53,346 nt of DNA from a virus (Duplodnaviria; Caudoviricetes): the IMG/VR virus record IMGVR_UViG_3300048065_000224, positions 1-53,346 of that record; one strand, 5' to 3'. Each line of letters opens with the position of its first letter. The first letter of the stretch is position 1. Positions 38,933 through 48,707 of this stretch are shown in pieces. Under the pieces are notes generated by a model, which did not search any database, had not been told where the DNA came from, and saw only the letters and a list, made by a program, of their open reading frames with translations. Position numbers and translations under genes: made by a program.

Positions 38933-40909
38933 ATGGCAAAAGGTATTACATTTGAACCACAATTTGAAGCTATTCTATCTGATAAGGGTAGAATAAGAGG
39001 GGAGTCTCTTAAGACTACTCCTATAGGTCAAATATTCAGTAACACAACTGATAGAAAAAATCTTGCAAAACTTCTTACAAAAGCAGGATTAGAAAAATAC
39101 ACTATAGATGATATTTTTGGGAAGAATACACGAAAGTTTGTAGAAGAGTTAGTTTACACTAAAAAATTAACTAACGCTCAAAAGAAAGATTTAATAGGCC
39201 CATTCAAACCACTTCTTGCTGAAGTTGGTATATCTGCACAAGGAACAACAAACCCACTTCGTTCACACATGACAAATGTCGTGGGTGATTCTGTAATGAA
39301 GTCACAAGGATTTGGTACTGATCCTTTAAGACTTATACCTGCAAACTATCCATCACAAGCTTATCAAGCTTTAAAAAACTTAGCAGCAAAATATAATGCA
39401 GCAGGAAGACAAGAAGAGAAAACATTTCTACTTATGTTGATGTTGGGTGGTTACAGACCTTCCGATTTTAAAAATATAAAATTTGAAAACATTGATTTTG
39501 AAACAGGCTTAGTACAAGACGTAAAATTAAAGACAGACACAGCAGGTACAATTAACTTAGCATATATGCCTGAAGCTCAAAGAGATATTATAAAATCTTA
39601 CATGGAAAGCACGGGAAGAACAAAAGGTTTGGTTTTTCAAAAAGTAAATTCTCTTGTTGATAATATAAATGAAGATTTAACTAAAACAAATGTAAACATA
39701 AAATACTTAGTCCAATCAAAGAAAGAGCTTGAATCAAGACCTATGTCTATCTATGATTTAAGAAGAATAAAAGAAAGTGACTATACAGCAGCAGGCTACG
39801 ATCCTAACAGTTACATTAGAAAGTTAGCAACGTGGCGACCTAAAAAAGGTAACGTAGAACAATACATAGCAGGTGTTACAGTTGGTGGACAAATAGAAGA
39901 TGCTAACGCAAAAGCTTTTGCACCTTACGTTCTATTAACAGAAGGCAACCTAACACAAGACGGCACAAAAAATCCTGCACAGTTCTTAGAAGATGTGGGC
40001 GTTAAAACAACTGAATATACTCAGCAGTATATGACAACAAAAAAGTCTTTTAAAAGTCTTCCTACATTTAAACAAAAGGAAGTTGTAAAGTTTTTTCCAA
40101 ATGTAGCATACCCAGACGAAGTAGACGGTATGTCTATATCTGACCCACAAGACATCAAAATTTTAAGTCCTGAAAATGCTGAGTTAAATCAACAAAAAGC
40201 AGGTCTGCAATTACAAAAAGAAATTGCACAATCAGGATCAGAACTTATTGCAGCAAAACAACAATACTTAATGGATTTACAACAGGCAGGCGACGTTGAC
40301 GAACAGATATCTTCTGAACAAGATAAACAAGCTGCCCAGAAAAAACAAAGTAAACTTAATCAAGCTTTAGAAAAAGGCAACAAGTTTTTAGATTGGGCAG
40401 GTAACAATCTTAAAAGTATAACTGGTACTAGCTTAACAGCTTTAGGAGCTTTTGGACTCGCAGAAGAAGCCAAGTCAGACTTTTTAAAGTATAAGGAGCG
40501 TGGATTTAGTGACGTGGGTGCAGGATTAGGTGCAGGTGTAGAAACAATAAGAGATGTTGCAATTGACACAGTAGTGGGTCTTAACGTTCCAAGAAATATT
40601 GCACAGCTTAGTCTTATAGGTAGTCCTGCGAGTGAGGGTGCAGATATTTTACCTGCAGGTGAACCTAAAAGAATGGGCATGGAGTCCGAGTCTGCAGAAT
40701 TTTTGAATCAGATGCAAACTAGTTTTCAACCTCCAGAAGAAGGAGGATCACAAGCTTTGAATATAATCGAACAGGATACCAACGTAGGTGACAGAATGAG
40801 TACATTTGGCAGAACGCCTGATGTATCTCCGGGGTTTGTTACCCCACCTTCTCGATCAGAACTAGCTGACGAGACACAACGGCAACAAAACTTTATGGGA
40901 GTAACTTAA
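38933..40909 (+). CDS. Tyrosine-recombinase-fold domain fused to virion-protein-like C-terminus
   Basis: GYR175PSDF, K200, Y274DLR277R, W301, Y311; Q-rich coiled coil and Gly/Ala hydrophobic helices in the C-terminal half. Confidence 0.6.
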   Translation: MAKGITFEPQFEAILSDKGRIRGESLKTTPIGQIFSNTTDRKNLAKLLTKAGLEKYTIDDIFGKNTRKFVEELVYTKKLTNAQKKDLIGPFKPLLAEVGISAQGTTNPLRSHMTNVVGDSVMKSQGFGTDPLRLIPANYPSQAYQALKNLAAKYNAAGRQEEKTFLLMLMLGGYRPSDFKNIKFENIDFETGLVQDVKLKTDTAGTINLAYMPEAQRDIIKSYMESTGRTKGLVFQKVNSLVDNINEDLTKTNVNIKYLVQSKKELESRPMSIYDLRRIKESDYTAAGYDPNSYIRKLATWRPKKGNVEQYIAGVTVGGQIEDANAKAFAPYVLLTEGNLTQDGTKNPAQFLEDVGVKTTEYTQQYMTTKKSFKSLPTFKQKEVVKFFPNVAYPDEVDGMSISDPQDIKILSPENAELNQQKAGLQLQKEIAQSGSELIAAKQQYLMDLQQAGDVDEQISSEQDKQAAQKKQSKLNQALEKGNKFLDWAGNNLKSITGTSLTALGAFGLAEEAKSDFLKYKERGFSDVGAGLGAGVETIRDVAIDTVVGLNVPRNIAQLSLIGSPASEGADILPAGEPKRMGMESESAEFLNQMQTSFQPPEEGGSQALNIIEQDTNVGDRMSTFGRTPDVSPGFVTPPSRSELADETQRQQNFMGVT

Positions 40910-40910
40910 T

Positions 40911-41129
40911 ATGCCTAACAATAACTATAATTATGGTGCAGCTTATATTATGGGATCAGATAAGACATCTGTAAACGATGATATGGGTTCTAAGCAACTA
41001 TACAGAGAAGGTCTTGAATTTACTACAGCAGTAGACCAAGATGCTTTACAGGTTGACATGCCAAAGAAGCAAACTAAACCTACAGTCGAAGCTTCTTTAT
41101 TTAAAATGGCTGAAGAAAGAGACTATTAA
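40911..41129 (+). CDS. Hypothetical protein
   Basis: GGAG RBS; lies between recombinase-like gene and portal. Confidence 0.7.
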   Translation: MPNNNYNYGAAYIMGSDKTSVNDDMGSKQLYREGLEFTTAVDQDALQVDMPKKQTKPTVEASLFKMAEERDY

Positions 41130-41146
41130 TAACACATAGGTAAATC

Positions 41147-43279
41147 ATGGCTGATGAAAACTTTCTTCAACCTGCTGATGATACTGCAATACCTGTAGAA
41201 AATCCTAGCGAACAGATGCCCGGATTAGCAGGGTATATCAAAAGCAAATTTGAAGATTCAGAAAATGGCAGACGCAGTTATGAACTACGTTGGTTGCAAG
41301 CCTTTAAAAACTACAGAGGTATTTATGATTCGTCTACTCAGTATAGAGATTCGGAACGTTCTCGTGTATTTATAAAGGTAACTAAAACAAAAGTTCTTGC
41401 TGCATATGGGCAAATAATCGATATACTTTTTTCTAACAAGAAGTTTCCGATAGTTGTTGAGCCAACTCCAGTACCAGAAGGTATTGCAGAGTTTGCACAT
41501 CAAACAACACCTCTAGATGAAATAGTAGAACAAGATCCATACGGTTTTGAAGGAGACGGGAGAGATTTACCTCCCGGTGCTACGGAAGCAAGCAAAAAAG
41601 ATTTAGACTTTTTAGGTGGGCTGCAAGGTAGATACGCTAACGCTAACTTGTCTCCCGGACCTTCTCTTGGTGGCGAACCACAAATAAGTCCTGCACAAAA
41701 AACAGCACTTAATTTAGAAAAACTTATACACGATCAACTAACAGATACTGACGCTGTTACCGTCTTACGTGATGCTATTTTTGAATCTTGTTTACTTGGA
41801 ACAGGGATAGTAAAAGGTCCGTTTAATTCTTACAAACGAGTTCATAAATGGGATAGAGATGATAATGGAGAAAAAACTTATGCTCCATATGAAAAGATTG
41901 TACCAAGAATTGAGTATGTGTCTTTATGGGATTTTCATCCTGATCCATCAGCAACAAGCATAGAAGATTGTGAATACGTCATACAAAGACATCGTATGAA
42001 CAGACAACAGCTTCGTGCTTTAATAAACAGACCTTATTTTTACAAAGATGCCATAGAAGAGTGTCTAGCTAAAGGTCCTAACTACGAAGACAAGTACTAC
42101 GAAGATACTATCAGAGAAGACGACACCGAGCCATACTTTCAAGAAAACAGGTATGAAGTACTTGAGTATTGGGGTGTTATTGACAAAAAACACGCCGATG
42201 AAATCGGTATGGATGGTATAGAGGAGATATCTGAGTTAGAACAAATCCAAGTTAATGTTTGGACTTGTGGCAACATGATACTTCGCTGCGTCCTTAATCC
42301 GTTTATGCCTGCACGAATACCATACCAAGCATTTCCATACGAGACTAATCCATACCAGTTGTGGGGAGTTGGCGTAGCAGAAAACATGGAGTTTTCTCAA
42401 AAGTTAATGAATGGTCACTATCGTATGGCTATTGATAACTTAGCACTTGCAGGTAATCTAGTATTTGACATTGACGAAGCAAGCTTAGTTCCCGGACAAA
42501 ACATGGATATATTCCCCGGTAAGATATTTAGACGACAGTCGGGTGTAACTGGCACAGCAATCAACGGATTAAAGTTTCCAAACACTGCACCTGAAAACAT
42601 ACAAATGTACCAAATATCTCGACAACTTGCAGACGAAGATACAGGAATACCATCTATATTACATGGGCAAACAGGTGTGACAGGCACGGGTAGAACAGCA
42701 TCAGGTTTATCTATGTTGCTTGGTGGTGCAAGCTTATCTTTAAAAACTGTTATAAAGAATATAGATGACCACTTGTTGAAACCGATGGGTGAAGCATACT
42801 TTCAGTGGAATATGCAGTTTACTGATAACGTACCCGAAATAGAAGGCGATCTTGAGATCAAACCTCGTGGTACTGCAGCAGTGATGCAAAAAGAGGTACG
42901 TAGTCAAAGACTAACAACCCTGTTGCAAACTGCAAGTAACCCAATGCTTGCACCTTTTGTAAAGATACCAAACCTTATGAGAGAGCTTGCGATAGCACAA
43001 GATATAGATCCAGATAGTTTGGTTAACGACGTAAGCGAAGCACAGATATTCGCAGAAATACTTAGAGGACTTCAAAATGCTCAACAAGAAGCAAGCCAAC
43101 AACCTCAATCCCCTGATCAACAACAGTCAGGCATGGAACAGTCTGGAGGAGTACCTGCAGGAGCTAACCCAAGTGACGATTCAGGCGTTGGTGGCGGCAC
43201 GATCGGAACTGGAAGTGTTCCAACTGCAGGGGAAACTGGCTTTACTGGAACAGATCAAGAAACTCAAGGACAATCATAA
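41147..43279 (+). CDS. Portal protein
   Basis: 710 aa; KTKVLAAYGQI, GTGIVKGP, DFHPDP, WGVGVAENM, TASGLSML; position after TerL. Confidence 0.88.
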   Translation: MADENFLQPADDTAIPVENPSEQMPGLAGYIKSKFEDSENGRRSYELRWLQAFKNYRGIYDSSTQYRDSERSRVFIKVTKTKVLAAYGQIIDILFSNKKFPIVVEPTPVPEGIAEFAHQTTPLDEIVEQDPYGFEGDGRDLPPGATEASKKDLDFLGGLQGRYANANLSPGPSLGGEPQISPAQKTALNLEKLIHDQLTDTDAVTVLRDAIFESCLLGTGIVKGPFNSYKRVHKWDRDDNGEKTYAPYEKIVPRIEYVSLWDFHPDPSATSIEDCEYVIQRHRMNRQQLRALINRPYFYKDAIEECLAKGPNYEDKYYEDTIREDDTEPYFQENRYEVLEYWGVIDKKHADEIGMDGIEEISELEQIQVNVWTCGNMILRCVLNPFMPARIPYQAFPYETNPYQLWGVGVAENMEFSQKLMNGHYRMAIDNLALAGNLVFDIDEASLVPGQNMDIFPGKIFRRQSGVTGTAINGLKFPNTAPENIQMYQISRQLADEDTGIPSILHGQTGVTGTGRTASGLSMLLGGASLSLKTVIKNIDDHLLKPMGEAYFQWNMQFTDNVPEIEGDLEIKPRGTAAVMQKEVRSQRLTTLLQTASNPMLAPFVKIPNLMRELAIAQDIDPDSLVNDVSEAQIFAEILRGLQNAQQEASQQPQSPDQQQSGMEQSGGVPAGANPSDDSGVGGGTIGTGSVPTAGETGFTGTDQETQGQS

Positions 43280-43301
43280 ATCCGTTACACAGATGAAGTA
43301 A
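43077..43301 (+). CDS. Small helical protein overlapping portal 3' end
   Basis: GAGGA RBS; amphipathic helices (FQLQGKLALLEQIKKLKD); stop abuts the next ATG. Confidence 0.65.
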   Translation: MLNKKQANNLNPLINNSQAWNSLEEYLQELTQVTIQALVAARSELEVFQLQGKLALLEQIKKLKDNHKSVTQMK

Positions 43302-45635
43302 ATGGCTAATATACTTGAAAGATATATAAATAATTTATTTGAAAGAGAATTAGGTCTAGGAAAGGCTATAGCTCCGTACGTTCCAATTCCTGCAATTCCG
43401 TTTGCACCTAATGTTCCAAGTCCGTTTGACTTTGATACTAGACGAAGAACTAGTTTTCCTGTATATGGAAGATCTCCTACGACTCCAACTCCTGATTTAG
43501 ATATATTTGATGAGCCTGATGGTTCTGAAGCACCTCCAGAAATAACAATAGAAACTATAACAGGAGATTTATCTAGTTATATTAATCAACCTACAACTCC
43601 ACAAAGTTTTGTAGATAAACAGTTGGGTCTTGAGGTTAGTAAAGAATTAGCTTCTGGGCAAGACAGAGTCACGGGTATGGGAGGTGCATTGACTCAATTT
43701 GCAAGTCTAACAGGTTTATCAGCATCTATGATCGATGCAATCGGCGAAAAGTCAAAGCAAAATCTTGAATCAATCGTTGCTAATGCAGCACTAGGTATTC
43801 CCGGATACGGAATAGGCAGAGTTAACAATCAAACTGTAGGTATATCTCCGGGAGGTAGAATATCTGGAACTGTACCAACTAATCTAACAACTGAGCAAAT
43901 GAATCAAATACAAGATGTTTTGGGAGGTAAATCTGGAGCATTAGGACCTGCTATGCAAGAATATTCGGTAGCAGGCGGTAGACTTGATATGGGCAAACCT
44001 CAAACGCAAGCCATGTTAGATTTTGAAAAAACTGTAATAGATGCAAAAGGTTTATCAATTGAGCAAAAAGCAGGTCTATTAGGGTATGACAGATTAACTA
44101 ATCCGTTTGAACGTTCTCGAATGACGCAAAATTACTACACAATGACTCCGCTCCAAGAAATTCTGGAGAACAAACAAAAAACAGCAGAAAATAGAGAGGG
44201 TATGAGTTCTACATCAGGATCTATGTCTATGGGTCTTGAGACAGATATAGACGCACAGCAGAGTCAAAAAAATCCTATGGGAATAAACATTGGTATTGAT
44301 ATGGCAAATATAACAGGGCCCACTACAACTGTAGATTCACAAGGTTATGATTTAGGTGGCGGTTATGGAGGACCTACAGGAGGACCTAGTGGCTTAGATG
44401 TATCCTCAGAAGTTAGTTCTGGTGGTTATTCTGACAATGAAGCAGGCGACAATCAAGACGGTGGCTTTGGTGGTGGTGGTTGGACTGCATATGGTGGCAA
44501 AATAGGAAATTCTGACAAAGGATTTGTATCAAAGACTCAGACAATAAAAGGTGTAGGTCTTATTAAGCCTGAAGAAACTTTTGTTGAAACTGATATGGTT
44601 AGAGACAGATTTGAATTTGATGCAGCAGATGGAGACTACGTTGTTAACGGTCCTGCTTCAAAAGAAAATGAAGGTGAGATAATCGGTCTTGTAAATTCTG
44701 CTATAAACGAATTAAAAAAAGAAGGGGTTGACATACGTGTAGGAAATCCTAAAATAAAAGATAAGAACAAAGTTCCGTTAATTGTAGCTTCCTCAGAAAT
44801 ATACATACCTAAAGTGGTAGCTGAGAAAATAGGTTATCCTATACTAGACAAAATAAATGAGTCTGGCAAAGCTGAAGTAACTCGCTTAAAGAATGAGCTT
44901 GGAAATAATTCTCCAGATGACGATCGACAAGAAGCTTATGAAGGAATGCGTGTAAGAAACCCTCAACAAGGATTTTTGTTTCGACGACCTGAACTTAATC
45001 TAACTAATCCTAATACTGATAAACCCCAAGAAGATGCTTTTGTTCCGGGAATATCTGACGAACCAGTAGAAATGACTCTAGATCAACAAAGATTTTTTAA
45101 TGACTACGAGTTTGGGGATATTAAAAAAGCAATTAAAAAAACAGAGATACAAGGCTTTGAAAAAAATCCGTTTATATTTACAGGCGTAAAGGCTAAGAAG
45201 GGTAAAAGTAGTTCTGCATTTGGTCCTATGCAAATAACCAAAAGTTTAATAGAGGACTTTGAAAGCAGAAGTCCTGATTATAAAACTCTAAGTAACGAAG
45301 AAAAAAAATACTTACAAGCTTTAAAATTACAAGGTGAAGACAAGATAAACAAAGAACTGTACGGTGTTCTTAAACGTGGTCCTAAAGAGATGAGACGAGA
45401 CGTTGATGCAAAAAAAGTATATGGCAAAAAAGCACAAGGATTGAAGCCTTACGGAAAAGGCACTATTGATCCTGAGATGCACAAAAAGTATTACGATAAA
45501 ATTGCTGATGTCATTCTTCTTCACAAATTAAAAGATCACAAAACTATAGAAGACGCACTTGCATCTTACGGAGAAGGTGCAGGCTACGGAGAAAAAGTCT
45601 TAAATGATTTATTGGATATTATACAGATAAAATAA
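43302..45635 (+). CDS. Internal virion protein with C-terminal lysozyme-like/lytic transglycosylase domain
   Basis: AIKKTE...SSAFGPMQIT...ALASYGEG...YGEKV resembles SLT motifs. Confidence 0.6.
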   Translation: MANILERYINNLFERELGLGKAIAPYVPIPAIPFAPNVPSPFDFDTRRRTSFPVYGRSPTTPTPDLDIFDEPDGSEAPPEITIETITGDLSSYINQPTTPQSFVDKQLGLEVSKELASGQDRVTGMGGALTQFASLTGLSASMIDAIGEKSKQNLESIVANAALGIPGYGIGRVNNQTVGISPGGRISGTVPTNLTTEQMNQIQDVLGGKSGALGPAMQEYSVAGGRLDMGKPQTQAMLDFEKTVIDAKGLSIEQKAGLLGYDRLTNPFERSRMTQNYYTMTPLQEILENKQKTAENREGMSSTSGSMSMGLETDIDAQQSQKNPMGINIGIDMANITGPTTTVDSQGYDLGGGYGGPTGGPSGLDVSSEVSSGGYSDNEAGDNQDGGFGGGGWTAYGGKIGNSDKGFVSKTQTIKGVGLIKPEETFVETDMVRDRFEFDAADGDYVVNGPASKENEGEIIGLVNSAINELKKEGVDIRVGNPKIKDKNKVPLIVASSEIYIPKVVAEKIGYPILDKINESGKAEVTRLKNELGNNSPDDDRQEAYEGMRVRNPQQGFLFRRPELNLTNPNTDKPQEDAFVPGISDEPVEMTLDQQRFFNDYEFGDIKKAIKKTEIQGFEKNPFIFTGVKAKKGKSSSAFGPMQITKSLIEDFESRSPDYKTLSNEEKKYLQALKLQGEDKINKELYGVLKRGPKEMRRDVDAKKVYGKKAQGLKPYGKGTIDPEMHKKYYDKIADVILLHKLKDHKTIEDALASYGEGAGYGEKVLNDLLDIIQIK
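44728..44755 (+). promoter_or_regulatory. Possible internal promoter feeding scaffold/capsid genes
   Basis: TTGACA-16 nt-TAAAAT inside the CDS. Confidence 0.35.
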
Positions 45636-45651
45636 TATCTAAATAAAATTA

Positions 45652-45714
45652 GTCAGCTACCCACAAATGTGGCCCTGACAGACCGAAGCAGCTACCCACA
45701 GCCAGTGGCACTGC
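45652..45714 (+). promoter_or_regulatory. Twin RNA hairpins upstream of scaffold gene
   Basis: GTCAG-CTAC-CCAC-loop-GTGG-CC-CTGAC and GCAG-CTAC-CCAC-loop-GTGG-CA-CTGC. Confidence 0.65.
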
Positions 45715-45732
45715 AAGAATGAGGTAAAAACT

Positions 45733-46623
45733 ATGGCAAAACAACAAGTTCGTGGCGTAAGAGCCAACAAACCAAATGACTCAGACGGAGTTATAAACAA
45801 TCCTAATCTTTATCGTGGTAAGTATCGTGACGACGTTTACAAAGATGATGAAGAAGAGCAGACTCAAGACCCCACTTTAGAAGTGGCTACTCAAGAGGAA
45901 CAAGAGGAGACTTTCGTATCTGCAAAGAAAGAAGAGACTGCCCAAGAGCATGATTACAAGAAACGGTATGATGATCTGAAGCGTCACTACGATCAAAAGA
46001 TACAGGAGTTTAAAACAAAAGAACAGCAACTAGAAAGTGCAATGCAACAATCTAATGTTAATGTTCCTTTACCTAAAACTCCAGAAGAACTAGAAAAGTT
46101 TAGAAGTGAATATCCTGATGTTTATGACGTTATGCAAACGATAGCTTCAGAAAAAGCTAATCAGCAAGCTGAACAACTTCAGCAGGAACTTAAAACTTTA
46201 AAAGCTCGTGAGAAAGAAAATTTGGTTAAGGTCGCCTACCGTGAACTTAAAACTTTGCATCCTGACTTTGAAGAAATAAAAGAAGATGAAAAGTTTATCC
46301 AATGGTTAGAAGAACAACCCGCCACTATTAGTGATGGTGTGTTAAAAAACAACACAAATGCTCGACTAGCCGCAAGGGTTATTGATCTCTACAAAGCAGA
46401 CGCAGGGATCACAACCAAAAAACAACAGAGCAAAAAACCAAACGTTTCTGCTGCAATGGCTGTTACATCTCCTAGAGCAAAAGAGATACAGACAGACGCA
46501 AATGCAAACAAGAAAGTTTGGAAAGGCTCTGACATCGCCAGACTTAAACCGTGGGAATTTGAAAAGGTGGAAGCCGAACTCGATTTAGCACGGCAAGAAG
46601 GGCGAATTGACATGAACAGCTAA
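45733..46623 (+). CDS. Capsid scaffolding protein
   Basis: DYKKRYDDLKRHY coiled coil, C-terminal ARQEGRI; directly before the MCP. Confidence 0.8.
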   Translation: MAKQQVRGVRANKPNDSDGVINNPNLYRGKYRDDVYKDDEEEQTQDPTLEVATQEEQEETFVSAKKEETAQEHDYKKRYDDLKRHYDQKIQEFKTKEQQLESAMQQSNVNVPLPKTPEELEKFRSEYPDVYDVMQTIASEKANQQAEQLQQELKTLKAREKENLVKVAYRELKTLHPDFEEIKEDEKFIQWLEEQPATISDGVLKNNTNARLAARVIDLYKADAGITTKKQQSKKPNVSAAMAVTSPRAKEIQTDANANKKVWKGSDIARLKPWEFEKVEAELDLARQEGRIDMNS

Positions 46624-46646
46624 AACCTCAAAAAAGGAGAGAGAAA

Positions 46647-47624
46647 ATGGCTTTCGATTCCGCTTCTGGGTACAATAATTTACCGTCAGGTAATTTTGCT
46701 CCTCAGATATTTAGCCAAAAAGTTCTCAAGTTCTTCAGACGTGCTTCGGTTGCAGAAGATATTACGAATACCGATTACACTGGTGAAATTGAAAACTTTG
46801 GTGACACTGTAAATATTATCAAAGAACCAACAATAACTGTATCTAGTTATTCAAGAGGTTCTGTGGTAAACACTCAAGACTTGGCAGACGATCAAATTAC
46901 ATTGACCGTTGACCAAGCTAACGCATTTGCATTTAAAATCGATGACATCGAGGAAAGACACTCGCATGTCAACTTTGAAGCATTAGCAACTTCATCAGGT
47001 GCTTTTTCTTTGAAGAGAAAATATGATGCAAACGTGCTACAATCATTAGCAAACGGTGCAGGTATTGCAGGTGCTGATGATGCAAGTGTTTCAGGTGGTT
47101 TAACAACTACTGAGTCAACTTTAGGTACAGCTTCTGCTCCTATTAACGTAGAAGCCGACGATGCAGGTATCAATCTTATGCTGTTAATGGCAAGATTGAT
47201 GGATGATCAGTCTGTACCAGAAGAGAACAGATGGTTTGTTGCTCCTCCGATCTTCTACGAGAAGATGTTTCAAGCAGGTAACAAGATTGCTGAAGTACAG
47301 GTAACTGGCGATGCAACTTCTAACCTAAGAAACGGACTTGCAACTCCCGGTACACTTGCAGGCTTCAGATGCTACAAGTCTACTGCACTAAACAGCACAG
47401 CAGGCACAGACCAAGTAACAATGACAGGACTAGCAACAGATGGTTCTGAAAATCTTGTTATGGCAGGTCATATTTCTGCTGCAGCTACAGCGTCTCACAT
47501 CGCAAAGACTGAAGTGGTACGTTCAACTGAATCATTCTCTGACGTTGTTAGAGGGTTACATGTCTTCGGAAGAAAAGTCCTTAGACCTGAAGCTCTTGTA
47601 CGTGGCGTCATTGACTTCGCTTAA
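46647..47624 (+). CDS. Major capsid protein
   Basis: NFAPQIFSQKVLKFFR, GDTVNII, F-FKIDDIE, VRGLHVFGRKVLRPEAL. Confidence 0.92.
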   Translation: MAFDSASGYNNLPSGNFAPQIFSQKVLKFFRRASVAEDITNTDYTGEIENFGDTVNIIKEPTITVSSYSRGSVVNTQDLADDQITLTVDQANAFAFKIDDIEERHSHVNFEALATSSGAFSLKRKYDANVLQSLANGAGIAGADDASVSGGLTTTESTLGTASAPINVEADDAGINLMLLMARLMDDQSVPEENRWFVAPPIFYEKMFQAGNKIAEVQVTGDATSNLRNGLATPGTLAGFRCYKSTALNSTAGTDQVTMTGLATDGSENLVMAGHISAAATASHIAKTEVVRSTESFSDVVRGLHVFGRKVLRPEALVRGVIDFA

Positions 47625-47639
47625 TAGGAGGACTAGATA

Positions 47640-48056
47640 ATGCCAGATTATACTATTACAGGTGCTGTCGCAGGTGTTCCTATCGGTGTCAAACCTCAGA
47701 TTGTTGAAGTGGTTTTAGACTTCTCATCAACAAGCCTAACTACATCAGACTCAGTAGAAGTTTTTGAACTTCCTGCTAACAGTTTGGTTCTTATGGCAGG
47801 TCTTGAGGTTCTTACTTTAGCATCAACTGGTTCTCCAGTTCTTGACTTAGGTGACGACGCTGACGATGATATCTATGCAGCCGCAGTTGCAGGTCATACT
47901 GCTTTAGCTTCAGGTACAACAAGTGTAGGTAAATTCTACACTGCAGCTGACACTATCGACTTAATTGCTAACACAGCAACTTTTGACGGTAAGGTTAGAG
48001 TGTACGCAGTTATCGCAGAGCTTGGTACTGCAGAAACTGCAGCATCTTTTGCGTAA
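47640..48056 (+). CDS. Probable capsid decoration/cement protein
   Basis: AGGAGG RBS; beta-rich 138 aa directly after the MCP. Confidence 0.6.
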   Translation: MPDYTITGAVAGVPIGVKPQIVEVVLDFSSTSLTTSDSVEVFELPANSLVLMAGLEVLTLASTGSPVLDLGDDADDDIYAAAVAGHTALASGTTSVGKFYTAADTIDLIANTATFDGKVRVYAVIAELGTAETAASFA

Positions 48057-48066
48057 ATAACTAACT

Positions 48067-48094
48067 CAGGAGGGCAGGGCAACTTGCCCTCTTG
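48067..48094 (+). terminator. GC-rich hairpin with GCAA tetraloop after capsid genes (terminator or stabiliser)
   Basis: CAGGAGGGCAGG-GCAA-CTTGCCCTCTTG; no U tract. Confidence 0.5.
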
Positions 48095-48112
48095 GCAACA
48101 ATGAGGTAGCGT

Positions 48113-48400
48113 ATGTCTGAGAAAGGTACAATGAAAGGTCACACCATCAAAGGTGGTCACAAACGCCCAACTAAAAAGGGTGCAGGTATGACTAAGAAAG
48201 GTGTTGCTAAGTATCGAAGGGATAATCCCGGATCAAAACTCAAGACAGCAGTAACTGGCAAAGTCAAGCCGGGGAGCAAAGCTGCCAAACGTAGAAAGTC
48301 CTACTGTGCAAGAAGTGCAGGGCAAATGAAAAAGTTTCCTAAAGCAGCAAAAGATCCGAATAGCCGTCTAAGACAGGCTAGAAAGAGATGGAAATGTTAA
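48113..48400 (+). CDS. Small basic protein
   Basis: GAGMTKKGVAKYRRDNPGSKLK...RRKSYCARS...ARKRWKC. Confidence 0.75.
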   Translation: MSEKGTMKGHTIKGGHKRPTKKGAGMTKKGVAKYRRDNPGSKLKTAVTGKVKPGSKAAKRRKSYCARSAGQMKKFPKAAKDPNSRLRQARKRWKC

Positions 48401-48498
48401 TTTCAATTAATTTCACACTATTTAAATTTTTTAATACCATAGCCACTAAGTTTTACAATCGTTACGTGCGAATGTTACACAAGTCACAAGGTAGATAA
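48394..48498 (+). CDS. 34-aa peptide (not in ORF track)
   Basis: Overlaps both neighbours (TAATG coupling). Confidence 0.35.
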   Translation: MLISINFTLFKFFNTIATKFYNRYVRMLHKSQGR

Positions 48499-48707
48499 TG
48501 GTCACAGTTGAGCAGTTTCTGAAATGGAAGATACTCCCAAGATGTATGATGCTTGCAAGCACAGTCATGTCTTGGAGATGTGCTGAGTGGTTCATGGATT
48601 TAGATGCACCCACAGCAGCTCAATCAGCATTTGTATCCGTTGTTATGGGCGTGATGACAGGTGTATTTGGTATTTGGATGGGTCACGAACACAAGGAGCA
48701 TAAGTAA
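48498..48707 (+). CDS. Small two-TM membrane protein (holin-like)
   Basis: Two hydrophobic segments; located in the lysis region. Confidence 0.6.
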   Translation: MVTVEQFLKWKILPRCMMLASTVMSWRCAEWFMDLDAPTAAQSAFVSVVMGVMTGVFGIWMGHEHKEHK

